This document shows positions 33,901 to 45,900 of a stretch of 64,000 bases of DNA, one piece after another. Under the pieces are notes generated by a model. That model saw only the letters and a list, made by a program, of their open reading frames with translations. It had not been told where the DNA came from and made no database searches. Position 1 is the first letter of the stretch. Each line of letters starts with the position of its first letter. The translations under genes were made by a program, and so were the position numbers. This stretch comes from a candidate division FCPU426 bacterium (lineage in GTDB: Bacteria > Oederibacteriota > JAAXVQ01 > JAUVAV01): the NCBI GenBank assembly GCA_040756875.1, contig JBFLYH010000002.1, positions 47,481 to 111,480 of the forward strand, read 5' to 3'.

Positions 33901-36900
33901 GGCGAACACCACCTTGGAAAACTCCACCAGGAAGAAGGAGTACAGCGCCCCGAACACCAGCGGATTGGCCGTCAAAAAGCCGGCTGCCACGCTGAGCGCC
34001 AGCCACCAGGCCATGCGGCCCAGCAGCCCGCCGAGCGAGATCCGCTCGCGGGGCAGGCGCGTTTCTAGGCGGCGGTCGAACCAGGCGCTCGTGTCCGCGA
34101 ACTGCCGGCGGTAGGGCTGCTGGCGGGTCTGCACGCTGAAAGCCGAGAGCGCCACCGCCACCCCGCGCCCCGGATCCTCCAGGGCGGCGTTGAGCTGGTC
34201 AATGGTCAGCCCCCGCAGGCGGGAGATCGGCAGCGTAAACCGGCCCGCGCGCTGGCTGGGCAGTTCCACGACTGTTTCCTCCACGGTCCGGTTTTGCTGG
34301 ACAAAGGACAGGACCACGCGGACCGGCCGGTCGCTGCTTTGCTCGAACCGGAATTCCAGGCTGTCGCCCAGGTGAACGGCCTGCAGCCGCTGCATGGCCG
34401 GCGCTTCGGCCGTGGTCTCGGGGCCGAGTTCCACGGCCAGATCGACGCCCTCGTCCGTCAGCACCGCGCTGCGGCTGAGGTCGTCGTTGACCGCCAGTTC
34501 CACGGGCGCGGCGATCCACAGGGGGCTGACGGAGGTCACGGCCCGGTTCGGGTCCCGGCGCAGGTTCACCAGGCCTTTGGATTCCAGGTTGGCCAGCAGC
34601 ATCTCTTCCACCTGGTTCAAGCGCAGCACCACCAGGTCATACTGCCGTTGGGCGGCCAGCACGGCCTGGATGCGCTGGAGCAGGTTCTTCTCTCCCGGCG
34701 ACAGCGAGCCGTCCTCCCAGCCGGCCAGCAACGCGCTCCGCGCCGCTCGGGCGGCAACCGGCAGCCCGGCTGCCGCGGCCCGGCTGGGCAGCCAGCCGCG
34801 GCCCGGCGTATATAATAATGTATCCGAAGTCAGCAGGCCCGCCAGCTGCTGGCCGGACACCGGCTGGAACAACCGGAGTTGTTCCGGAACGACGATGCCC
34901 TGCTCCAGGAGCCCGGCCCTGAGCTGCCGCTCGTATTCCTCGGCCTGCGCCTGGGACAGTTCCCGCGGATGATACCAGACGCGCAATCCCTCCAGGGCCT
35001 CGCCGGTCATCAACTGGTTCGCGGCCAGCAGGCCCGTTTCCTCGGAAATGGCCGCGATCCCCGCCAGCCGCCCGTCCTTCCCCGCCTGTTCCACCAGCTG
35101 GTCTAATAGCGTCCGGACCGGCGCGCTGCCGTTGGGCTGGAAAGCGGCCAGCTGCGCCACGCGGTCGGGCGCAGCCGCGCCCAGCAGCTGCAGGCCGTTG
35201 AGGAGCAGATGGGCGTTGAGCCAGCTCGTTTCCCGGTCCAGCAATTGCAGCAATTCCACGGTGGCCGTTTCGAAAGCTTTCTTGGTCTGCCGGCGGCTGG
35301 CCAGGTAGGTCCAGAGCAACACGGCGTTTCCGCGGATCAGGGGATTGCGGTTCCACAGCAGGGGCCTGATCAGCGCCGGGTTCTGCTGGTTCAGCAGGCC
35401 GTGGAAGGCCTGGAAGCGCGTGCCCGGGTCCGCGTCGCCGAGCTGCCGGATCCAGTGCAAATAGGTGTCCGACGGCAGGGTGGGAATGCTCTCCCAGAAA
35501 ACCGTCAGCGGCCCGGCGACCCAGTCCAGGATGTGCGCCAGGCCTTCGGCCAGGATGCGGTTGACCAGCAGGTGCGCGAAAGTGCCGGGCCGGGTGCGCC
35601 GCAGGTCCAGGCCGAACCAGGACAGTAACTTTTGCGCCCAACGGTGGGCGTACACCTCGTGCGCCCAGACGATCCAGTGGGATTCGGGCACGCCGTTCAC
35701 CGAACGCATGATGGTGCCGGTGTTGGGATTGTAGGTGGCCACCGGTGTGGCCCAGCTCCGTCCGGCCGCGGGCAGCTGGCGCCATTGCGAGAAGGTGAAC
35801 AGCAGTTTCGCGGACGCCATGGTCAGATAGGGGATGGCGATGGCCAGCAGGCCGGGGAGCATCCAGGCCGCGGCCACCAGGCCCACGGCCAGCAGGAAGG
35901 ACATCAGCGCGCCGGGCAGATTCAGCGGCAGCAGGCGGCGGGCCGGATCATCGGCCGGGAGCCAGCGCTTGGCGCCGGCGCGGACATAGTCCGTTTCGTA
36001 AACCGTTTCGAAAACCCGCTTCATGCCCGCGCGCAGGTCGCGAAGGGCCGGTTCCCCTTCGCGCAGCAGTTTTTCGCCCAGCCGGAGATACGCGTCCTCC
36101 AGTTCCGCCGGCGTGTAGGTCCGGGTCTCGAAATCAGTCAGCTCGCCGGTCCGCTCCACTTCATCCAGGCCCAGCAGCAGCTTCACCGCCCCCAGGTCGC
36201 CGGAAATGGCCAGGTCGAAGATGGAAGTCAGGCTGTAGGACAGGCCGTGGACGATGAACTCCGCGCCGTATGCGCTGAACTCCTTCCAGGCGGCGAACCC
36301 CAGCGTGCCCCAGCCCGAGAGCAGTTCCAGGGACAGGTCCACCGCGTGCTGCACTTCGTGTTCTTCGGTCACCCGCGCCAGCAGCTCGTAGATTTCCTCT
36401 TCGCTCAAGCCTTCGAATTCCCAGGCGAACAGCCGGTTCGCCAGCCCGATCACCTCTTGATTGGGCGTTTTCAGGCGGTACACGCCCTGGGTGGGAGCCG
36501 CAGGATCCAGGCGGGAATAAACGTACTGCCGTTTTTGGGAGAGCGCGGCGTACACCACCCGGGCGTCCTTGCGGATCGCGTCCTCCAACATGGCCGGATG
36601 CTTGAAATCCTCCAGCAACAAGCCCGTGAAGGGCGGCAGCAGCGCGGTGTCGATCAGGCTTTTTAAACGCCAGAATTCCAGCGCGCGGCCGGCCAGCTGG
36701 CCCCGGTCCACGCGCTGGGTGATGCTGAACGGAAACAGCATGGGCGCGGCTTCCTCGCCCGCAACGTCGGGCTTGAGGCGCATTTCCAGCAGGTAATATC
36801 CGAATTGGGCCAGCAGCCGGTTGAGGCTGGCCCGGGCCTCCATCATCCGCGCTTCCTGCTCGGGCTGGGGATTTTCCAGGTACTCGAAGAGCACGTTGAA

Positions 36901-39900
36901 TAACCCCGGCGCCACGCGGTGCATCTGGCGCGAGAGCTCGAACACTTTCTGCTTGAGCCCGTCCGGGATGCGGGCCGGAGGCTCCTCGGTATGCCGCAAT
37001 ACGTCGGACAGTTGGGGCATGACTTCATGCATGAGCTGGTCCACGGCCGGGTGCTTGTATTTGGCGGGCTGCGGAGCCACGATCCGGCGGGCGCTGGTCT
37101 GCTGGGTCAGGGGCATGAGGCGGCGCGCGATCCACAGCCCGGCCACCAGCAGCACGGCCAGGGGAATGGCCGCGGACAGCGAGAGGGCCCCGGCCCAGAA
37201 CAGCAGGCCCAGTCCGGCCACCAGGGCAACGGACAACCCCACGGCCAGGCCCGTGCTCTGCAGGAAGAAATACAGCAGCGGCGAGCTGACGGTCAGGGTG
37301 ACCGGAGCCAGGGACAAACCGGCGTGTGCGACCAGCCAGTCGTGCTGATATCCGGTGACCGACAGCACCAGATCGCGGGCTTCCGCGTGGGTGAACCCCT
37401 GGTCCTCGAGCCATTCATGGAAGAGGATGGCCGCGGCCTCCCGGTCCTGGACCCGCGCCAGGGTGCGGGCCGCCAGAAAACATTTGCCGTCCAGGTGGAA
37501 GGCGCCCAGGCGCTCCAGGTCATCGTCCGTGGCTGCCGGCCGGGTCCGCGCCTGGCGCACCATGAGATGCAATGCGCCGGGATCCGCCACGGCCTTGGCC
37601 AGACGCCGGCCCTGCGGCCGCGATTGGTATTTGCGCTGGGCTGTTTGGACGAACCCCAGCCATTCCTCCGTGATCCGAGGGCCGCGCGCCCGATCGGCTT
37701 GCTGCAGCGGCAGGGCATGCAGGGCCTGGGTCGCGAACAACGCCCCCAGGAGCTGCGCCACTTTCCGCTGGGGCAACCGGGTGAGCACGAGCAGCGCCCG
37801 GCCGGGCCGGATCATCATGTCGAGCGTCGCGGCCGCGTTGCGCAGCGCGCGCTCCAAAATCACCTCGGCCGGTTCGCCCAGAAACGCGGACGACAGGGGC
37901 AGCGCGCGCCGGGCCTGCCGGGCCAGGTGCTCCAGCACGTCCAGAGGAGAACCCAGGCCGCCGGCCAGCCAGGTCCAGGCCGCGTCCTTGGGCGCTTCGC
38001 CGAAGTATTGGTCATAGGCCGGGTCTTCGGCCAGGGCCTCACGGAATTGGTCGGCGATCCGCATAAATTGTTCGTCCTCCGCGATCAGGCTCGCGTCCCG
38101 GACGCGCAGGAAAGCGGCGGCCATGGCAGGCGTAACTTCCGGCGTCTGCAAGTCCCGCAGCATCTGGACCGCGGCGTCACTTTCGCCGGCCGCGGCCAGG
38201 GCATAGGCTGCCACCAGCCGGCGCATGGCCGGGGTCAGCACGGACAGCGGCAGCCGGGCCTGGTCCTGTTCGCGGCGGGCATTGGCCGCGGCCAGGGTTT
38301 GCGCGAGGCGCTGCTTGCTTTCAGCCGGCAGGTTGGCCGCGGTCCACAGGCTGTAGGCGGGCATGGCGCTGGGCCCGCCGCTTTTAACGTAGATGACGAA
38401 GCTGAACAGCCGGCCGGCCCACTCCTGCTCGCCGAGGATGGGCGCCACATTCTGCACCGGGCCCAGGCTGATGATCCGGCCGCGCGCGTCCGCCAGGCCG
38501 TTTACCGCCACCTGGCCCTGGCCGAAATGCGTGCCTTCCAAAACCAGGCTGCGGAATCCTGGCGAATGAATCAGTTCCAGATTGCGGTTGCGTACGCTGT
38601 TGGCGTCCGGCTGGACGCCGGAGCGATCCCGGGGCGCGTAACGCAGCCCGCCGATCGCCTCCACCACGCCCAGGAGTTCAGCGCGCGTCATGGCCGCGAG
38701 CAGGGCCTCGGCGCGGAAACGCTCCAGTCCCAGGGCCTCAGCCACCTCGTCCGCGCCCAGGGTTTCGGCGCCTTGGTCAAACAAGGCCATGACCCGGGCC
38801 TGCTGCTGCTGGCGGTGGAAGAACAGGTTGGTGTGCAGGCTGTACGGCGAGCGGGGGCTGATGAATTCCTGCCACGTCTTTTCGGGCACGTCCGCCCAGG
38901 CTGCGCGGAAATCGCGCGCCGCCCGCTGCTTCTCCGCGGCCGTGGCGTGCTCGCGCCGCAGGAGCTCGCGTTCGATGTCGCGCCATTCCTCGGCCGTACG
39001 GATGCGCACCCGGCCTGCGTCCGCGTTTTGGCCGATGAAGGCGGCCCACACCTGGGACGCCGGCGCCTCACGGACCGTTCCCCAGACCGCCGCGGCCTCC
39101 GGGGCGGACGGGGCGGCCGAAGCCTGCTGCACGCCGGCCGCGGCCCAGGCGCCCCAGTCAAAGCCTGTTTGCGCCCCGCGGTCCGCGGCCCAAGCCGCGA
39201 AATCGCGCTGCGCGTAGTTTTCGAAAGCCAGGTCCCCGCCCCCGCGCCGGTAGGCCAGCCATTGGTCGTAAAACGCCCGTTTCGCAGGATCGGACAACAC
39301 CTCGTACGCTTCGTTGACCAGTTGGAACAGCCGTCCGGCCTCGGGATCGTCGGGATGCAAATCCGGATGCAGGGCGCGGGCCTGCTGCCTGAACGCGGAC
39401 TTGATCTCCTCGGCCGGCGCGTCGGACCCCTGCTCCAGGCGGCGGTAATAATCCTTGGCCTGCAATTCGGCCACGCGGTCCGGAACTTCGAGCCCGGCTG
39501 CCGCGATCAACGCTTCGTTCGTGAAACCCGTGACCTCGAGCACCGCTTCCACGGCCGCCTCATGCGAAAGCCCCAGGGTCTCCAGCGCCTCGTGCAAAAT
39601 CACGGCCGCAGCTTCCCGGGTCGTCAGGCGGTTGAATGCTTCCTGCGTGAGATAGACGCCGCCCAGCAGGTGGAACGCGCCGACCCGCGCCAGGTCCGCG
39701 TCCGTATCCACGCCGGCCGGCGCCTGGTTGCGCTCCAGCAGGTTGATCGAAAGGGTCCGTGCGTTCAGCCGCCGGTTTTGCACCGGCGCCGTACGCACGC
39801 TGAACAGGCGCTCCGCGTGGGCGAGGTAAGCGGCCAGTTGCTCCCGCACCGGCGCGGCGCGGCGGGATTCCGCGTCCTCGAGGGAACGGCTGGCCAGCGC

Positions 39901-42900
39901 CTGCCGGGTCCACAGCGCCCGTACGACATCCGCAATCTTCTCGGGCGCGGCCTGGGCCAGGGCGAGCAAGGCTTGCCCGGGCTGCAGCAGCCAGCCGGCG
40001 GCCGCAGCCGCGTTGCGCAGGGCGCGGTCCAAAACCGCCTCACCCGCAACACCGGTCAAAACGCCGGCGAGTACGCCCTCGCCCTGTCGTCCGAGTCCGG
40101 CTGTCCGCGAAACGGCAGTACGAAGGCCGGATCCAGGCAGGCGCAAGCTTGCCAAGGCTTGCAGCACCGCTTCGCCGGCCAGGCGCAGCAGCGCTCGGAT
40201 CTGCGTTCCATAAGCATAGAGTTCGCCGGCCAGGCGGCCCGAAGGCGCGCGGCCTTGTTTTTCCCTGGCCAGGTCCTGCGTCCGGTGCGCCTGTTCATGG
40301 ATCAAGATCAGGCGCTGCAGCAGCGCGGGCAGATACGAAATGCGCGCCAGGTCGGCCACCAGTTTGCCTGCGATTTCTTTGGGCGAAATGCTGCGGTCAG
40401 CATAGGCGGCAATCTCGCCGGGGCGCATTTCCTTTGACAGGCCGCGCGCATCCACGACATCCGCTGCCAGCCATTCCGGAATCAGGCGCTGCCGTTGCGC
40501 CTCAGTCAGGGCGGCCTCGCCGGCCAGGCCGCGCGTACGCGCGATCATAACGCCCATCACTGCAAACGGCACTCCGACGAGCGGCGTCAGCACGCTGCCC
40601 ACGAGCCCGAAAACCAGGGCCGCCGTTCCGAATCCAAGCCCCAGGGAGAGCAAACCGGTCAAACCGCCAAAGCCCAACCCCAACGCGACGGCCGAGAGGC
40701 CCGTGCCCAGGAAGGAAATGAAGCTGGTGATGAACGCGCCCAGCGCAGTGAGATAGCGCGGCGCCGTGCTGACCACGATTTCCCTGGGCGCCTGCTTGGC
40801 AACCTCGGCATCCAGGGCCGCCTGCAAGGCGGGCAGACCGGTCTGGCTGACCAGTTTCCGGACTTTTGCGTATTCCGTTTCATTTAGAAAATGGAACGAG
40901 AGGTAGTCTCCTATGATTTGTCGGCCCATTTCAGGGTTAAGGGTTTTAAGCAGCTCAACCAACGACTGTTCGGCGTACAGGCTGCTTTTCCCGGAATTGA
41001 CCGCGCTGTACAGCAGCTTAAACCCCAATTCAGCCAGGGTCTGATACTCCCCCTGGGTTTGAAGATACTGATACACGTGGTGCCGCACAACTTCCTGACC
41101 AACCGCATCCAGAACAAGGTTCTGCAGCCGCCCGGCGTATGAGCTCATATAGACGTGGTTATTTTTGGACGCCTTGAAAACAGCGGCCCGGTTGGCGGGC
41201 AGGAGCATTTCTTGATAGAAGCGCTCGTCGCCGAAGTATTGCTTCATTGCGCCTATATAATCGAACCCACCCCAATAGGTCAGCTGTTGCAGCACAGCGG
41301 CCATCTCCGAAAAGCTTTTCCTGCCGTGGGTCGCGAACATTTTTTTCAGTCGATCGGAGGCGCCCGTCTGCAGGCCGCCGTAGGAACCCTCCCTTTGCTG
41401 CGTCAGCAGCCAACGGTCAAGCAGAGCCGCGGTCTGTTCAACCGCGCCCGGGGTTTTTAACAGAGCGGCAAGCCGTTGCTCCTGAGCGGTTACCTCAGAG
41501 GAGCTGAAAGGTTTGACTTCCTGCCTCCGTTGCATAATGTCGGCCGTGGTTTCGGCTTTCTGAGCCGCCAGCGAATGGGCCTGCACCCAGGCTTGGGCTT
41601 TCGCAAAAGCGTCCGCCCCCTGAAAACGCTCGGGTTCTCCCATGGCGCGGTAGGTGGCCAGCTGTACCTGCCATTCAGGGCCGCTTTCACCCTGAACCAC
41701 GGCCAGCAGATGAATCGGCGGATTTCTCGGGTTGGAAAGCAACCGGAAAAACTGGTTTTGCAGCATGACCAGGGCCGCTTGGGGATCCTGTCTGGCCACT
41801 TCCAAGGAGAACCCCAGCTGGAGGCCTAATAGCGACTCATGCTTCGCTTCCAGCGCCTTCGTAAATCCTTGATAGAATCCATGCGCCGCCCGCAGCCAGT
41901 CAACCATGCGTCCGGTTTCCGCCGGGGTGGTTCCTGTCAGCCAGGCAAACGCCTCGGGATGGGTTTTCGCCGCATCGGCCAACACGGCATAATGCTTCAC
42001 GGCGATCAAAGCGGCGCGGCGGTCCGGCCGCCAATCCGTCTCGCCGCTTACACGTTCTAAATAGTCCCAATCCACGGATCCCAGATCCAGGCCTTGCCCG
42101 GAAATCCGTTCTTGATTGCGGGCCTGCACCCACGCTTTGAAAGCCGCGTCGCTGAGCGTGCCGTCCGCCGCCAGGGAAACCGGCGTTTTGCGGCCGTTGA
42201 CAAAAATATAATCGCCCGTCTTGTCCCGCACCACGAACAAGGCGGCCATGAATTTCAATTTCTGCTGCAGGCCTTCATTCAAGCCGTCCCAGAGGACGTT
42301 CCCTCGTGAAATGACGTGCACAAATGCCGTATAAGTCTCGGCAAAGCTCTCTTTCAGGGGGTCGCCCACGCGCAAGGCGTTGACCTTGGCGTCAAAAGCA
42401 TAGCGGGAGAAAAAATACCGGCGTTCGGAAAAGCGTTTATGCAGTTGCAGCCACTCTTCGGTCAAGCGGGCCGAAAGCAGGCGGTGGATAAAATGCGCCA
42501 ATTCATGGGTGGGGGTTTCGCTCAGCACGCTCACATTTTCAAAATATTTTTGCGGATCCGCCTCCGGGTTCAGGAAAGATCCTCTGCTGCCGGCCTGGCC
42601 TTGGCCGAGATCAATGGTCTGTCCGTACTGCCAGCCGGCGATATTTTCCCCCGCCGAATCCGGGAGCGCGCCGATGACCTGTAGGCCGTCAAGATGATTG
42701 CTTGGCAGCCCCAGGTAGGTTTCGTAAATTTGCCTGAGCCCATCCTGGGAATACCCGCCAATGAAACTGATCCAATTGCCGCGGATGTGCAACAACCAAT
42801 GTTTATGACCGGTGCCCATGAAATCTTCGTCCGCCAAGAAGCAATTCGTGGCCGGGCGCTGGTTTTGCAGCACGGTTTGAATGCGCTGTTTGTACAGGGT

Positions 42901-45900
42901 TGCGTAAACCGCGCCGGCATCGGCGTCGTAGTTTTCAAATTCAGAAAGGAGCTCGTTGGCCATCCACTGCAGCTGTTGGTTGTCGCCCGCGGTTGCGCCG
43001 CCCAGCCGGTCCACCATTGTGTTCAAAAAAGCGGGAAAATCCCGCAGCTGTTCCTCGCCGATCAGCAGCAGGCCTGCGCGTTCCTTTGGCACGCCGCGGA
43101 AATCCAGCATATTCCCTTGGCCTTCCGCGGAAGACAGCACACGGACAAATTTAAAGTACCGGGCCAAACGGTCGGGCAAAAGTTCAAACATCAGTTCCAG
43201 CTTGGTCTGGATGTCCGCGTCCTGAGCGGCAGCCCCGGCCACCATAATTTTGTATTTATCGAACATACGCTGTTGAAAAGCGTTCATTCTCAGGCTTTGC
43301 GCAAGCTCGACGTTGAGCGGGACGTTTTCAGCCAGCGTCTTTTGCATCAGCTCCCGGATGATTTCGCTACTCGTGGCGCCTTGTCCGTTGGGCGTCATCC
43401 AGCGGAGAATCATTTGCATTTCGTTTTGATTCAAGTTCTGCTGCTCCGCCCGATAGCGCAGGGCCGTACCAACGCCTAAACCGTCGCGCACCGAAACAAC
43501 GATCTTGGGGGCGCCCGCCAAAGCAATCCAAACGCCCAGGGCCAGCAGCAATACCATTCGTACGCCCGGGTTGGCCAGCACCGGTTTGAACACCCGGCTG
43601 AGCACAGCCAGCGGCCGCTCCAGGACAATCCCCGCCATGGCCAAAGTGTCCAGCAGATGCGCCAGGATTTCGCCTGCCCATACGTTCCAGAGGCGATAGG
43701 CTCTGGAACCGGCCGGATGACGGTTGAGATCGACGCCCACAAGGTATAAAAGATTTTGCGCCCAGCGGTGGGCAAGCTGTTCATGCGCCCGGATGATGGG
43801 ATTCGTTTCTTTCAGCCCTGCGCTCTGCAAGGACTGCACCCTGCCGGTGGCAGGATTATAGGTGGCAACCGGCGTGAAGAAAGAGCGTTTCTCCTTGGGG
43901 AGCCGGCCCCTGATCCGCACTACCAGCGCCAGCTTGGCAACGGCCATGAGGAAAAACGGCAGGCTGAGAGCCAAAGCCCAGGGATGGGCGGCGGCAAAAA
44001 TGACCAGAGCGGCATTCACCCCCAAAGCCGCCAGCGCACCCGGCAGATTCAGCGGCTGCAGGGTTTCGTCCGTGCCTTCCACCACCAGGCCCTGCTCCGT
44101 GTACGCCACGCGCAAGCCCACGGCGCCGAACACGGCCACCAGGCCCTGGGTGCCGCGCACCTCGGAATAATTCGTTTCCAGCACGTTGACCAGCCCGCTT
44201 AGGCGGTTGTGGTTCTCGTCCTGCCGTTCCTGCAGACGGTCGGCCGGTATCCGCTCCGCGGGAAGGCCGGCTTTGCCGGCCGTGCCTTCCACGTAGGGTT
44301 CGGTCAGGGCTTCGGCCTTGACCGCGGTCACCATCTTTTTCAGGTCGTCGGAGCGGTTCTTGGGCATCACCAGCACGACCTTGTCCTGCAGCACCACCAC
44401 GTAATCCTCCAGGTTGCGCACGGTCACCGGCTCGCCGTCCGAAAACACCACCGTGCGTTTGGCGCCCTCCAAAACGATCCGGTCCGTGCCCGGGCCGATG
44501 CGCTGATTGCCGTCCGCGTCCGCTTTCTCGGTCATGGCGTCCCAGGCGCCCTCGTCGTACCAGGGAAAATCGCCAACCACGGCCGTGCTGCCGAATTCGT
44601 GTTCGGGCTTGATCTGCTCGTTGATCACGAACGCCACGGCCACGGCGCCGGCTTTGGGGATCTGGTCGTACTCGCGCTTCAGCACCTCGGCCTCGGCCGG
44701 CGTGTCCACGGCCGTGGCGATGCGCTCCATGCGCTCCCACAGCTCGGGGGTGTACTTCTGGAAGGATTCGATGCCCGTGCGGTTGTGCACGGCGAACATG
44801 CCCGAGCTCCACAGGAACTCGCCGCTTTTCACGAACTGCTCGGCCACGTCGCGTTTGGGCTTTTCGCGGAAGCCTTGGATCTCGCGGATCAGGGTGCCGA
44901 GTTTGGTCTTCGACCCCATTTGGATGTAGCCGTAGCCCGTGGAGGGGAACGTGGGCTGAATGCCGATCATGGCCCAGTCCTTGCGGTTCTGGGCGGCTTT
45001 GATCGCGGACAGGATCGCGGCCTGCAGCCGCTCTTCCTGCAAGATGACGTGGTCCGAAGTGAGAAACACGGCCGTGAAGTCGTCGCCAAAGCGCTTCTTC
45101 CCCACCACCAGGCTCAGGGCCGTGGCCGGCGCGGTGTCCTTGTTCGACGGCTGGGCGATGATGTTGGCGCGGGGAAAATCCGCGGGCACGGAATCCATGA
45201 CCTGCTGCACGAAATTTCCGCGGGCCGCAATCAGGATCCGGTCCTTGGGAATGCCCATGCGGACCACGCGGTCCATGGTCTTTTCCAGCATGGTCTTGCC
45301 GTCGCGCGAGAAGGAGCGGAACTGTTTGGGATTGATGCCCGTGGACACGGGCCACAGCCGGGTGCCGCCGCCGCCGGCCATGATCACCACGTAGGCCCGG
45401 GAGACATCCGGTTCCTGCACGGCCTGGCGGTGGTAAACGCGCTCGCCGCTGGAGAGCTTTTTCACTTCCACGCCGGCGGTCTCGGGCGACTGCTCGGCCT
45501 CGGCCGAGGCGAGGAACTCCAGCACCCGCTGCGCGGTGCGTTCGGTCCAGTTCAGACGCCGCGCCAGGTTCGCCGGAGTCAGGGGCTCGCCGGCCAGGAT
45601 GAGCTCGCGGGCCTGGACGGCGCGGCTCAGAAAGCGCTGGTAGATCAGGTGCAGCGCGAACAGAGGCGTCAGGATCAGGATGACGGCGAACGCGCCCAGG
45701 GCCACGGTGCCCAGGGAGAGATGGCCCAGCACGGCCAGGGGCGCGAGCAGGGAGAGGACCATGGTGGTGAAGGTGATGAAGAGCATGCTCTGCGGCCGGC
45801 TCAGGTCGCGCACCCAGGCGCCCCAGCGGGGATGGTTGCGCAGTCTCATCACCCACTCCAGGGGCTGGGGCAGATCCATGCGCAGCATGAGCGTGCGCAG

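Noticed and set aside
14635-40437. Very long plus-strand ORFs (for example 14635-18108, 22240-25083, 36919-40437)
   Set aside because: They are antisense shadows of the GC-rich giant gene, with no recognisable motifs, and they fully overlap a well-supported CDS.
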